From Camelus dromedarius (Eukaryota), in NCBI RefSeq assembly GCF_036321535.1, contig NC_087436.1, forward strand, positions 120,840,001 to 120,904,000: 64,000 nucleotides of DNA, in the 5' to 3' direction. Made by a program: the position numbers and the translations under genes. Each line of letters opens with the position of its first letter. Position 1 is the first letter of the stretch. Below the pieces are notes generated by a model, which was not told the DNA's origin, did no database searches, and saw nothing but the letters and a program-made list of their open reading frames with translations. Of the stretch, positions 25,130 to 37,289 are shown piece by piece.

Positions 25130-25980
25130 GAACCCTTCCTTCCCACGCAGAAGGCAGCCCTGACTTCGGTGGTGATGACCAAGGAGGAAGCCGGATTGGG
25201 CGGGGCGGCGTGAGTCTGCAGATTGGTGGGGAGGACCACCGGCCAGTGCCTGGGGGTGGGGTTGGCTCTGCCTGTGCCCAGGGCTGGGGGCGGGGTCTCC
25301 TGCAAGTGTGTGGTCCACCCAGCCCTGCACTGAGGGACCCCAGTTCATCTGGGTAGAGCCTCAGTCCCCACCACCCAGTCGGAGTTTCTGGATGGGGAAG
25401 CGTCCCTGCAGAACTGTCTCTAAACTGTTTGCAAAGGCCACCTGCCTGCCCCAGGGGGGACAGGGGGCTTCTGGGGAGTCACAGTGCCCTGCAGCCTACG
25501 AGCCCAGGGCCTCCCTGCAAGGTCTCAGCAGACCGAGGCCCTTGGACTCAGGTTCCCCATCTGTGAAATGGGACAGTTGCTGCCCCTGCTCTGCCAGAGC
25601 CCTGAGCCAGGGGCTGGGGACCCCAAGATGAGGCTGCTGCCTGTGTGTGTGAGCATGCTGAGGGCAGCACCCCAGGCCCGGGGCACCAGGACCTGACCCG
25701 TGGGCCAGAGGTGGGGTCTGCCGGCAAACCATGGTCTCAGCCCATTCTGAGCTGAGTTGTTATTGTCAGCAAGGTAGCTCTGGTTACCGGGTCAAGCATG
25801 AGCGGTAGTGAGATTCCCTGCTACCAGGGAGCACATGGGGCCACTCTCCCACTGCTGCTGCCCCCGGGCGGTGGGCCCCATCACGGTGCTGGCCCCTCCG
25901 GGTTTACCCTCGACCTCAGATCATAAGCCAGCCCTCCAGTTTCTACTGATTCCTTTGGTGGAACTTGAGTGATGCGCCCC

Positions 25981-26235
25981 CAACAGGGACCCTCCCCTTT
26001 CTGACCAAACTTCAGTCAGACCTGTGGAAACTGTTCGAGACTTGGCCTCGACTGGCAGGTGTCCTTGGGCCCTCAACATCTCCTCTTGGCGTTTCCATCC
26101 GCCCCGCTCCTTGGTTACAGATCCCCACCTGTCCTTGCGGAATTTGGAGCCAGCCCAGCCCCCCTTCCCGACTGCCATGTCTCGAATAACGCCTTCCTAC
26201 TGTTTTAGCAAGTGCCAGGTTCATTTTCTTTAACA
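25981..26235 (+). mobile_element. MER31-like ERV1 solo LTR with internal deletion
   Basis: tgaccaaacttcagtcag...ggcctcgac then ttccatcc..gctccttggttacagatccccacctgtccttgc..gaataacgccttcc..ttctttaaCA. Flanks cccc / ccct. Confidence 0.75.
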
Positions 26236-26297
26236 CCCTGGCCCCACTGCTGCCTCAGCCTGTGTTTTCACTGTGAGATTCGATTACCAGTCAGTGA

Positions 26298-26484
26298 TTA
26301 AGACAAACTCCTCGACATAAAATGGATAAACAACAAGGTATTACCGTAGAGCACGGGGAACTATATTCAATATCTTGTAATCACCTATAATGGAGAAGAA
26401 TCTGACAAATAATCTGACCTGAATCACTTTGCTGCACACTTGAAACTGATACAACGTTGTACATCAACTGCACTTCAGTGAAAA
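26298..26484 (+). mobile_element. Cetartiodactyl L1 3'UTR fragment
   Basis: ataaaatggataaacaacaagg..gagcacggggaactatattcaatatcttgtaatcacctataatgga..ctgaatcactttgctg..atcaactgcacttcagtgaaaa. Confidence 0.85.
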
Positions 26485-27734
26485 CCCAGGGACCCTGGAG
26501 ACACCTGGCATGGCCGAGCCGGGCGTGAGCGCCGAGGCGCCTCCCGGCTGGGCTCGGGCCTCACCTTGGAGCTGTAGTCCTTGACCCACGTGCTGATCTG
26601 TGCTTGTGCCGAGCATGTCTATGTTCTTGTAACTCGGGAGGCTGGGCCACTTTCAAGTAACAAACAGTAGTAGACATGGGGCTGTCGCACTGTTGTTCCC
26701 AGCTTCCAAGTTCTGAGGCCTGATTCCCTCCCATAAAGCCCTGTGCAGTTAGGGGTCAGGATCGGGGGTCAGGATCGGGGTCTCCCCTGGGGCGGGAGGG
26801 ACCCTCAGACCCCCACCCATCTGCTGACAGGGCCCACAGGCAGCCGCGTGGAGCCCACCCCACCACTCCCACTTCCCTCAGCCCCCGTGAGGGCAGGTGT
26901 GGGCCTGGGTGGAGCCTCAGGGGGCTTTCCTGTCCAGGCCCCGCCCTGCAGCCCCTCCCGCTGGAGCCCCGTTCTCTAACCCTGGCGACAGCTGCCTTCC
27001 TGGGGGTGAGGTAGGTCTGTCTCAACCCAGCCCACCTTGCATCCTGGGCAGGCACGGATGGGGCAGGCTGGGAACTACCACGTGCTCCCGCTGCTGGCAG
27101 CCAGCGTGGCCAAGGCACTTCCTGTCTCTGGCCGGGGTCACCTGCGTCTGTCAGCCTCTCTGTGCCCTCAACTGTCTCTGTCTCTCTGTCTGGTGTGTCT
27201 CTCTTGGTCCTGATAACTCTCACTGTCTCCCTGTCTCTCCCCGGTGTGTGTCCTTCTGCATACCTCCCTCTGCATCTCTGGATCTCTGTCTCTGCCTCTC
27301 CCTCCCTCCTTCCCTTTGCTGATCTCGGGGTTATGTTTGGTAGGAGCCTGGGCCCATGATGTGCCAGGCCTGGGGGTGCCGAGCTGGGTCCCAGGAGAGA
27401 CGGAGGAACCACAGGGTGCGGGGTGTGGGGGAGCACCAAGGCCAGGCTGCCCAGAGCCCCGTGAGAGCCCCCTGCTTCAGCAGGGGTCCAGGGAGGGCCT
27501 CTGAGAGGTGGCGCTAGAGAGCTGGGCTCAGAGGTAGGACTGGGGGAGAATTCCAGGAGAGGGCCGCAAGCTTAGAGGCAGGACAGCGGGGTAGTTGGGC
27601 CCATTAGTGCTCTGGGGGCAGTGGCGTTAGACACAGACGGGGTGCACGGGGATCGGCCAGTGGGAGGCCGACGTTGATGATGACCCTGACCCGTGCCAGC
27701 CCCAGGCTGGGCCTGCTGGTGGACCAGCCTTACT

Positions 27735-27860
27735 GACTCTCACCCAGTCCTGTGAGGTTGGAACTGTCTTTGGTCCCCATTTACAGGAGAAGAAACAGAG
27801 GCTCAGGGCAGTTGAGCAAGGTGCCCGAGGCTGCACAACTCACAGGGGGCAGACCTGTGC
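27735..27860 (-). mobile_element. MIR
   Basis: cctgtgaggttgg..ccccatttacaggagaagaaacagaggctcaggg..gcccgaggctgcacaact. Confidence 0.7.
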
Positions 27861-29637
27861 TAGGGAGCTGGGAGCTCAGCCTGAGTAAACGGGAGCCACT
27901 GAAGGCTCTTGAGGAGAGGCACTCGGGGTGAGATCAGCGTTGAGCACAGTCACGTGGGGAAGGGAGGCTGGCAGGTGACGTGCCCCCCTGCAGGCAGGCT
28001 GGGGTAGGGCTGAGACTGCCCCCAGGATGGCACTCAGGAGAGTGTTCAGTGTCGGGAGGGCAGGGAGGACCCCTCCCCAGCAGTGCCGCCCCTCCCCACC
28101 CTCTCCAGCATCATGTCTCCCAACTGACCACACCCCGGTCTCCCCACCCAGACCCCTTCCTCTGCTGCCACCCCACCTCTGGGTCTCCACAAAGCTCACT
28201 TGGTTAGGATTCCCATGGGGATACCCGCTATTTTAAGACGCGAAACCTGGTTCCACTGGGAAGTCCCGAGCATTCCATTTTAATTAAAAAGTTAATGTCG
28301 TTAAAATAGGCCAAGAAACTGCTGAAGAAGTCTGAGATATTTTCCCTCCATCAGTTGCTTTAATGTTTCATGACCTTTCAAAATACTGATGGTCAGACAG
28401 CGGGGCTCTCCGGATCCGTGCCAGTGTCCGGGCCCACGCCCTCCTCCGCCCTCCCAGTGTCAAGGCCCGTTTTCCTGAGGAGCCCTGGCCTGAACCCCTT
28501 GCCCTGGGGCCCTGCCCTGTCTCCGGCCATCTCTTGGAGGACAGCCTGGCTCTGTGAAGTGCTCGATCACCCCAGGCCAGAGGGCCGAGACCCCGTGGTC
28601 CCATCCCCAGGGGATCTGGTGACCCGCACTTGTCACCTCACTGAATCCTCAGCCGCTTGGTCGGGTAGGCACCAAGGAAGCCACAGGGCTCAGAGCCATC
28701 GCTGCCCCTCTGCCTGGAAGGAAGGCCCTTCCCCAGGGCCCCTGAGTGCCCCCCAAGCTCATGCGGGCCCCCCAGTTTTCTAGGGTTCCAGGCCACGTGG
28801 CAGCTCGCCTTAGAGGCTCCTCCGTTTCCCTCCCTCACCTCCCACTCCCGACACGGCTTTCCTCCCTCACAGAGCAGCCGCTGGCGCTCAGACCAGCCCT
28901 GGGTGGGTCACCAAGAGCCGTGTCGATGGGGAGAGGGTGTGGACGCCTTGTCCCAGGAGGCCCTCTGGGCTGTGGCGCGTGGTGTCCCAGGTCCTGCAGG
29001 GGTGAGGAGCAGGGACCCTCGGGCCAGGAGTGCCCGATGCAGGGGGCTATGGCCCTGGCCAGGGCAGCTCTACCTCCTCCATCTGTGCCGGGCTCCTGCT
29101 TGTGGTGAGAGCAGACTCTTCCGGGCCCTCTGGGCATAGCTGGGACCCGCGGGAAGGAGGAGGCAGGGCTGCAGGGGGCCTGGGACTCTGGACTGACCCA
29201 GGGTCTGCGGGCGGGGCAGGGATCTGACACCCGGGAGGTGCTCAGTGGCCGTCTGCACACGTGCAATGGCCCCGCTGGGAAGCCGGGCTGGGGTTTAGGC
29301 CACTGTCTGTCCCCAAACACAGGTGCCGGGCCCCTGCCGCTGGCAGCAGTTGCCGTGATGGATAATGACGGCAATGGGTCAATCCTATCAAATACCGATT
29401 AACTGTCGTCAGCTGTGTCTACTTCACAACAGACGGTCGAATCCTTTTTTTTCCTTCACCAGGGCCACAGTCAGGGCACACGTATGTGGACATCGGAAAT
29501 GAGACAGAGTCGGGGGCTCCTGGAGGGCGGGTGGGCCCCGTCCTCCCTGCCCAGCACCTGGCGCAGGTCCCTCCGAGCGGCCGTGGAGACAGGCAGACCC
29601 AGGCTGGGCCCCGGCTCCGGCTCCGGGGCCGCGGGCC

Positions 29638-29661
29638 GTGGACGTGGACGTGGACGTGGTC
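29638..29661. repeat. (GTGGAC)n hexamer run
   Basis: gtggacgtggacgtggacgtggtc. Confidence 0.85.
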
Positions 29662-29671
29662 AGGTCCCTAA

Positions 29672-29970
29672 AGCAGCATCACTGGGGTAAAACTGGTGCA
29701 CGGCGGCACGCAGTGACTGTGCGCGACTTGATGAGTGTGGGGGCGCGCAAACGCCGGTGCTACCATCACCGCGATCGCGGAATAAGCAGAGCGCCTCCTG
29801 GCCCTCTGGGGATTTTCTGTTTTTGTTTTGGTTTGGTTTTATGTAGTAAGAACTCTTAACGTGAGACCGACCCGGCTGGCACACTTTGAAGCGCAGCGCC
29901 CCGCTGTCTGCCGCAGGCACCGTGCTGTCAGCGGACCTCTGGAGCTTATTCATCTGGCACGACTGAAACT
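29672..29970 (-). mobile_element. L1MA8-like 3'UTR, heavily GC-shifted
   Basis: Anchors gacttgatgagt, taccatcacc, gtagtaagaactcttaacgtgaga, gagcttattcatctggcacgactgaaact. Confidence 0.75.
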
Positions 29971-29989
29971 TCTTTAAAAATGAAAAAAC

Positions 29990-31220
29990 ATTTTCCAGGT
30001 TTACTGAGGTGTAAATGGCAGAAAACTCGCGTATACTTAGGGTGTGCGACTTGATGCTCTGATGTACACGTACATCGTGTGATAATCACCACGATCAAGT
30101 TGACTGGCGTGTTCGTAACCACACAGAGTTACTCTCTTCTTTCCTTTTCTGTGGTGAGAACAATTAAGATCTACCCTTTAGCAAATTTCAAACATACAAC
30201 ATAGTGTTGCTAACTGTGCAGTAACTGTGTTTCTACAGTTCCTTTTCTCTGCATGAGGTCTCCACGTTGCTTCCTTTAATCAGCGCCCCCACTTTTCCCC
30301 TCCCCACCACCCTTGACAACCGCCATTCTCTCTGCTTCCCTGAGTCTGACTATTTTCAGATTCCACGTGGATGTGCAGTCACACAGCATTTGTCTTTCTG
30401 TGCCTGGTTTGCTTCGCTAGCACGATCTCCTCAAGGTCCATCTGTGGGGTTGCAAAAGCGGAGTTTCTTTCTTTTTTAAGGCTGAATAATATTCTGCCCT
30501 CTCTGCACACCACGTTTTCTTTATTGCTCGCCTGTGGATGGACACTCTAGTTGCTTCTCTGACTTGGCTACAGTGCGAATGCAGTGACCGTGGGAGGCAG
30601 AGCATCCCTCTGAGATGCTGCCTTCGCTTCCTTCGGGCGCACACCCAGAAGGGGGCTTGCCGGGTCTTACAGGGGCTCTGTATTTACTTTGCGGAAACCC
30701 CATCCTGTTTCCACAGTGGCTGCACCAGTTTACGTTCCCACCAGCAGCAGATGAGGGTTCCGGCTGTCCCGCATCCTCCCAGGTGTTTGCTCTCTCTTCC
30801 CTCTCCCAGCGTCTCGACAACAGCCATTCTAACTGGCGTGAGCGAGGTGGCGCCTCACTGTGGTCTTGGTTTGCATTTGCTTGATGGTTAGTGACGTCGG
30901 CACCTTCCCGTGCCCCAGCTGGCCGGCCGCATGTCTTCTCTGGAGACACGCCAGCTCAGGTCCTTGGCTCATTTAATTGGGCCGCTGGCTTTGCTGTTGC
31001 TGTTTTGCCACTGAGCCATGCACGTTCCTTATAGATGCTGGATCTTAACCCCTTATCACACGTGTGGTTTGCAAATGTTTTCTCCCGTTCCACAGGCTAC
31101 TTTCTCATTCTGATGCTCCTTTGCTGTGCAGAAGCCTTTTAGTTTGATGTAATCCCACCTGTCGAGTTTCGCTTTTGTTGCCTGTGCTCTGGGGTCAGAT
31201 CCGAGGCGTCACTGCCTAGT
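29990..31220 (-). mobile_element. L1MA9-like 3'UTR plus ORF2 C-terminal relic
   Basis: gtggtgagaacaattaagatctac, tttttaaggctgaataatattc; minus peptides AGGNVNWCSHCGNRM and AIKKTWCAERAEYYSALKKKE. Confidence 0.9.
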
Positions 31221-31282
31221 CAATTCGCTTCTTTGCTGGGTCTCAGGTCCCTCATTTTACATTGAGAGTAAAATGCCTGACC

Positions 31283-31420
31283 TGTTAGTTAAAATAGGTT
31301 TGGCTGTGGTAACAGAAAGACTCCAAAACACATACCGTCTCAACCAGAACAGGAGAGATGTTTACTTCTTGCTCCGGGGCAGCCGAATGACGGGCAGTGT
31401 CCTCCTGCGTTGATCTGTGG
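31283..31420 (-). mobile_element. Old MLT1 (J/K-like) LTR fragment
   Basis: tgttagttaaaataggtttggctgtggtaacagaaagactccaaaa..tgtttacttcttgctc. Confidence 0.5.
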
Positions 31421-34393
31421 ACCCCCACTCTGTCCCCCAACTCCAGAGCCCGAGAGGGAGGCGGCTCTGCCCACACCGTGATCTGGACCTTCTGCATCCA
31501 GACCTGGAGAGAAGGGATTACCTGTGTGTGGTCCCTGTGATGTGGCCCCAGGACACTGACACAGCCTGTGTCGGTTGAAATGACTTTATCAGCACAGAGA
31601 AAGGAGGCGCCAGTGCTGCTGCTCTGGCTCATTTCCATAGTCGGTCTGCTCACCTCTCTGCCTCCCATTCCTCCCACAATCGCCCAGCCACACTGGACCA
31701 CTCCTCACCCTCCTGCCTCCAAGGTGGCAGTGATGGAGGTGGCTCGGCGGGTATCAGACCACCTCTGCAGGGGCACATCTGTCCCCACTGGACCACCTGC
31801 ACGCCCTCCTGTCAGCCCAAAGGCAGACCCACCAGAGAGAGACCGGGGACTCAACACCCAGCCGCACCCCCACCCCTGGCCTGAGTGAGATCAGAAGAAC
31901 CCGGAATGCAGACCCAAGGGAAGCGGATGAGGACTCGTGTGGCCCCGTAGGCCCTCTGTGCACCGGGTCCCCTGCTCTGACTCTGCAGATGAGGAAGCAA
32001 AAGGCACCCTGGTTTGTTCTCATTTTAGAGACTCAGAGGCAAGGAGGCTGGGCTAGGCCCCCAGGAGGGGCGAGGATGGGGAGCCCCGCAGCCGACTCGG
32101 GTCAGAATCAAGATGACGGAGAACTTTAGGAAGATACGGCCTGGGTACCCGTGAATTGTGTCACCTGGCCTGAGAGGAGGGCAGGTTTTAGCTTCTATCC
32201 AGGGGAAGCCACTTGGACCCAGAGGGGCTGAGTGGTCTGCCCAGGGTCACACAGCAAGGAGGGGCAGGATGGCCTCTGTCCTGCTCTGGCTTGTCCCCTG
32301 GCCTCCGCCTCCTCGGGAGGGGGCATCACCTCTGCACCCAAAGGCCCAGTGTGAGCCCCCCCGCAGCCCTGCAGGCCTGGGTGGACGGGCAGGAGGAGGA
32401 GGGCCTGACCCTCTGGGGAGCTGGAGCTGGAGCTGGCCGTTCCAAGGCTGTGGATTTATCGCAGAAACGGGAAGTCAGTCTCTGACCTGCTACAGCCTCA
32501 TTACTCAAGTCGGACCAGTGGGAGAGAATTCTGGCTGCCCGGAGCTGCGATCATCATGGCCAGCGTGGTGCCCGCCCTGCCTGCCCCGTTCCCAGGCATG
32601 CTGGCCCCACAAGTCCCCAACCAGGATGGCTGCGTGTCAGGGCCTGAGAGGCCCTGGCAGTCCTGGGGTCCTGGGACCCCAGAGGCCTTGTGAAAAGTGC
32701 CTCACACACCTGTAGTGGGACACGATGGTGGTCACTAGGTTGGGCCGCCCTCCTGGGACGATCAGGGTGGGTGCTGAAGGATGAGTAGGAGTTTGGCGGG
32801 TGTGAGGGGAGGACGCATTTCAGAGGAGGAACCGCAGTGTGACTGAGCTTTGTCTCTGGGGGAGCTGTGCCGGGAGCCAGGCTGCAACAGCCCATCAAGA
32901 CTGTGCTTGCCCACTTGGCCCTCGGGGACCACTGGGCGTGGCTATGCTGGGCGGTGGCACTGCCAGGCGTGTGTTCCTGGAAGATTGCTTTGTCTGAAGT
33001 GACAGGGGATGGGGTGTGGGGAGGCTGGAGACCAGGGCTTGGCCACTGCACTGGTCACAGGAGAGGACTACGGGGGCCCAGCCAGGGATGGCAGAAAGTC
33101 GGTGGGCTTCCAGGCTGCCCAGGAGGTGGGACCAGGAGGTCTGGAAGGTGGGTGGGACGGCAGGGAGAAGGAGGAGGAGGCAGGGTCGGGGGGGTGAGGG
33201 TGTCCTCTGGGTGGGGAGTCGCCAAGCGGGGGTCTCTCTCACCTTGCTGCCCCCTCCCACAGCACAGCCAGTGGGGTCCAGAACACTCTCTGAAGCTTCT
33301 GTGACTTCTGGCCATCGTCCACCAGCGGGGGTCTCCCCAGGCGATGGTCCCATCGAGGTCAGGACTTCAGAGGAAGCTGAGAAGGGGGTGATATACTCCA
33401 CTTTGAGTTGAGGAGTTCCGTCTGTCTGCCATGACAGGGATGGACCTGGGCAAGCCAAGCGGAGGCAGGGAGGCCGGGCAGAGACCATCCCTGGCCGCCC
33501 ACCCACCCCAGCAAAGCAAGGGCCTAGTGAGGATCCCGCTGCCCTGGGCCTGCTTGCCGCTCCCCTGATTCCCGCTAATCACATTAACTGCTGCTCTGGG
33601 TGGCCGAGGGGCAGGGTTGTCAGATTACTGGCCATGTGAAAAGGTTGGCAGGCCTGGCAAGTTCTCTGTCTTGTTCAATTCAGGGCCAACTGATGCAGCC
33701 TTGTCCCCGGGCAGGGCAGGACGTGCCAGCCTCTGCAGCCTGCGGTCAAATGGGCATCGCTGGGGGTGGGTGTCGGGAGGGCCGGGCTGACTGGCCGTGA
33801 CCCGGGGGCAGTGAGCTAGACTCCGCCCTGGGAAGCTGCGGGGCTCCTCCAGGCAAGGCCCTGCCCCCTGGGGATCGGTCTTTGGACAGGAGCAGTTTCT
33901 CCAGGTGATCACTCCTAGTGCTAGGTCACATCAGGTTCACAGAGAGCTAAGGACTGAGGGAGGAGGGCCCAGTCCCGCAGCCTGTGGCTCAGGGCCGAGC
34001 TGGTGATGCCCAGGCCTTCCTGCCCCTCCCCCCCCCCTGGGGTCTCCACCGCCAGCCGCGGCCCCACCCCTGCCCACAGGGCCCGTTACCACCATGGCAT
34101 CTGCTCAGCTAGTGGGCTGCCGGGCACCACTGCGAATTACCTGGGATGATTTCATTTTTGAAGATTAGCTGGGAGACCCCACAGCTTTCAAGATGCCAAG
34201 AGACAGAGCTGCGATGGGGGGACGACAGAGTGACCCCCACACTGAGCTGCCCGGACCCCTTCAGGAGAGAGGTGTCACCCCTCCACACCTGCCCAACTCG
34301 GATGCTCCGAGGGACTCCGCGGCTCCAGGCCTGGGCCGGCCAAGGCTGGCGGCTGCAAGACATCCCTCCGTGCAGCCCTGCCTCCTTCCTCGA

Positions 34394-34790
34394 TTAATGT
34401 CTCGGGGCTGCAGTGATAAAGCACCCCAAACGAGGGGCTTCTCTGAGCAGCATCCACTCTCTGATGGCTCTGGAGGCTGCAGGTCAAAGTCAAGCGTGGG
34501 CAGGGCTCTGCCCTTGGGAGGTGGCTCCTTCCTGCCACTTCCAGCCTCTGGGGGCTCCAGGCGTCCTGGGCTTGTGGCCGCGTCACAGGGCTCTGCCTCC
34601 CTCTTCACACGGCCTCCCCTCTGGGTCTCCTCTCCTCTGTCCTATAAGGACACTCGTCACTGAATCCAGGGATCCCCTGGGTAACCCAATCACACTTGCA
34701 AAGTCCCAGTTTCCACATAAGGTCATGTTCACAGGTTCACAGTCTGGGACATGGACTCATCTCATCTGGGGTCTGCATTTAGCCACACTT
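34394..34790 (-). mobile_element. MLT1C-like MaLR LTR
   Basis: ggctctggaggctgcaggtcaaagtcaag, ttccagcctctggggg, ctataaggacactcgtcactga, gcaaagtcccagtttccacataaggtcatgttcacaggttc. Confidence 0.85.
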
Positions 34791-35329
34791 CCCTTCCTCA
34801 GTCCAGACCCCAAGCCATCCCCAAATAAACGTCCTGCTCCCCAAACTCCTCCTCGGAGTCTGCACTCCAGGGGTCATACCAGTGAAAACCTGGGACCCCA
34901 GAAAGCAAGGGGGCCTACTCACCTCAGAGTCCAGACTTCTGGCCACTGTGGGGAGAGACCAAAATGACTCAAACACCTCTGATGGAGCCAAGCTGGCAGC
35001 CACGCGGGTGGGTGCCGGGTGGCCCTGGAAATCCTCACAGGTCCCTCTCCGGGAGCAGTCTTCCCGGCTGACTTTCCAGGAAAGGGAGGAACCTTGGGGT
35101 TACCGCTGGGCACAGGAGGAAGCAAGGCAGGAAAGGAGGACCAAGAGGTGAGCGAGTGACTGGGGTGGGGGTGATAATGACGGATACACAGATGCACAGA
35201 TGCACAAGTGACAGACAGACAGATGGGACTCCTGCCACTGCCAATTTGGGAAGTTCTGGGCTTTATTTTATTTGAGAAGGACACATTTTAGGTGGTTTAT
35301 GATCCCCTTTTACAGATGAGGATCCTGAG

Positions 35330-35800
35330 AACATCAGAATACTTTGGCCACAAATAGAAAAAAAAAAATCTCAAGATGTTGTAAACAATAAGGACTAAGT
35401 TTTAACTCACAGAACAGGAAGTTCTGAGGGGGCCTGGCTCCAGAGATGGAGATTTCAGAGGCATAGAAAGAGTATTAAAAACCCAGGTTCTTCCCACCTC
35501 TCTTCTCTGACCTCAGATCCATCCTCCTCATGGCCCCAGGGTGGCTGCCATTGCTCCGGAAATCACAGCAGATGTGGTCATGTTTAGTGGAAGAAGAGAT
35601 CATCTTTCCCTGGGCCTTTTTGAGAGGAAGGAAACATTTCCCTGGAGCTCCCAGTAGCCTCCACTCCCATCTTAGTGGCCAGAACTCAGTGCTCAGAACA
35701 TCGGCCACCAGAAGTGTTTCCACTTTGTAGGATTTACCCCTGAAGCTGGGAAGGGGGCATGCCCCCTTCCCAAAGTCATTGGCAGGGGGATGGGGAACAC
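35330..35800 (-). mobile_element. MLT1K/L-like MaLR LTR
   Basis: taaacaataagg, tcacagaacaggaagttctgagg, aacccaggttcttccc, ctcatggccccagggtggctgcc, gaaggaaacatttccc, tggccagaact. Confidence 0.7.
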
Positions 35801-37289
35801 CCGACAAAATCTGGCCCTGCCAGCAAGCAAGAAGTGTGGAGGGCTGCAGGGTGTGGACGCTGGGAAGGTTACATCCTGTGCCCAGAACTTCCCAGCATCG
35901 GTGGAGAATTCGACATTCAGACCCAGAGAGCCAACTCTACCATGCAGTGTGGGCCAGGCTGCACTGTTGCCTGGGTCGCCAAGCGGGGTTGGGTGAGGGG
36001 CAAGGGGAGTCTGTGCTGGCCCAGGGCTTAGTAGGGCTGGTCTCCCACTCTGCCCCCGTCTCCCGGGGCTGCACAGAGAGCCGCGGTCTGGGCTGCTCTC
36101 TGATGCTGGGCTCATTAAAGGAAATGTTCTCATCGGCGTATTTCCAGCCCAGGCGGTGGTGGTTTTAATATCCAGAACCACAGGGAGGGGAGCAGGAGGC
36201 CTATTCCTGCAGGCTGGCCAAGGGCGTTCGTCCTCCTACAATGGAGAGGAAATGAAACACAGAGATGTTTCCCTCTCCTGAACAATGCTGATCCGCCAGG
36301 ATATCGGGGCAGAGGTGACACTGAGCCACAATGCAGGCGAGAGCGGGAAGCAGGGAGTGGACGGCTGCGACCGCAGACCACAGGGAGCCCCAGCCTCAGC
36401 TTCCTACTCTGTGAAGTGGGGAAAATAATAGTACGGGGGGTGGTGATGCTGCCCCTACCCCAGCTGCCCATAAGCGTCTGGTTGTGAACACACGCCTGTA
36501 AGGGACACGAGGGTTGTGGGGGGACCCACTCCCCAGGCAGAACAGAGCCCGGCTCCCCTCCTGCCTCCCCGCTGCGCTCCCATCTCTGCAGGAGAGTGTG
36601 GCCAGGTGGGCCCCGTCCTTGCCCCGGTGAGGTCTGGACCTGAAAGCTTCGCATCCTGGGTGGGCGCGGGGGGCGGGTCGGTGTTTTCTGTAGTTTCTGC
36701 CTGAAGGGCACAGATGGTGATTCAGGCAAGTGGGCTGATTCTGGCCCAAGACCAAGGCAGGAGGCGGCAGGGCCAGTCGTCCAGCTGGTCCGTTCTCGAG
36801 CCGCAGGCGCCAATCGACCTGGTCAGGAATCAGGCTTTGGGTCCTGCACCTGTGTCTAGTCCCTCAGCTGGTCCCCTTCTCCTGACAGGAAGGAGAGGGT
36901 TGCTCACAGTCCCCTAAATTCAACAGTCCAGGAGCTGCCTGTCTGGCCCCCGTGGACCTGGGTGGGTGCCAGCTCACCCCCCCACACCCATCCAGAGCCC
37001 CAGCAGATAGCGACCAGGCCAGGGGTCCTGCCCACCGCCAGGACGTGCCTGTGGACAGCGCGTGCCCACCTTCGGAGGGTCAGGGGCTGCAGGACCTGAA
37101 CAAGCAGAGGCCAAAGCACGGCCCAGTCTGACACGTCCTGGCCACTCCCGTCCCAGCCTCCACACCAGGCCTGCAGCCCTCGTCCCTTCTGCCTGCTGCC
37201 CACCCCTCACCCCACGTCTTTTTTGTCTTCCAACCTTCCAGTCCCTCGAGAACCTTCTGCAGGGCAGCGCCGCTACCCCGGGTGGTTCC

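Noticed and set aside
26565..26600. Minus-strand segment QISTWVKDYSSK followed by a strong GTGAG donor
   Set aside because: No convincing acceptor and no recognised homology.
33341..33411. Possible terminal exon ending in an ITIM-like VIYSTL* after a ccccag acceptor
   Set aside because: Weak polypyrimidine tract, and no Ig-domain or transmembrane exon recognised upstream; likely chance.
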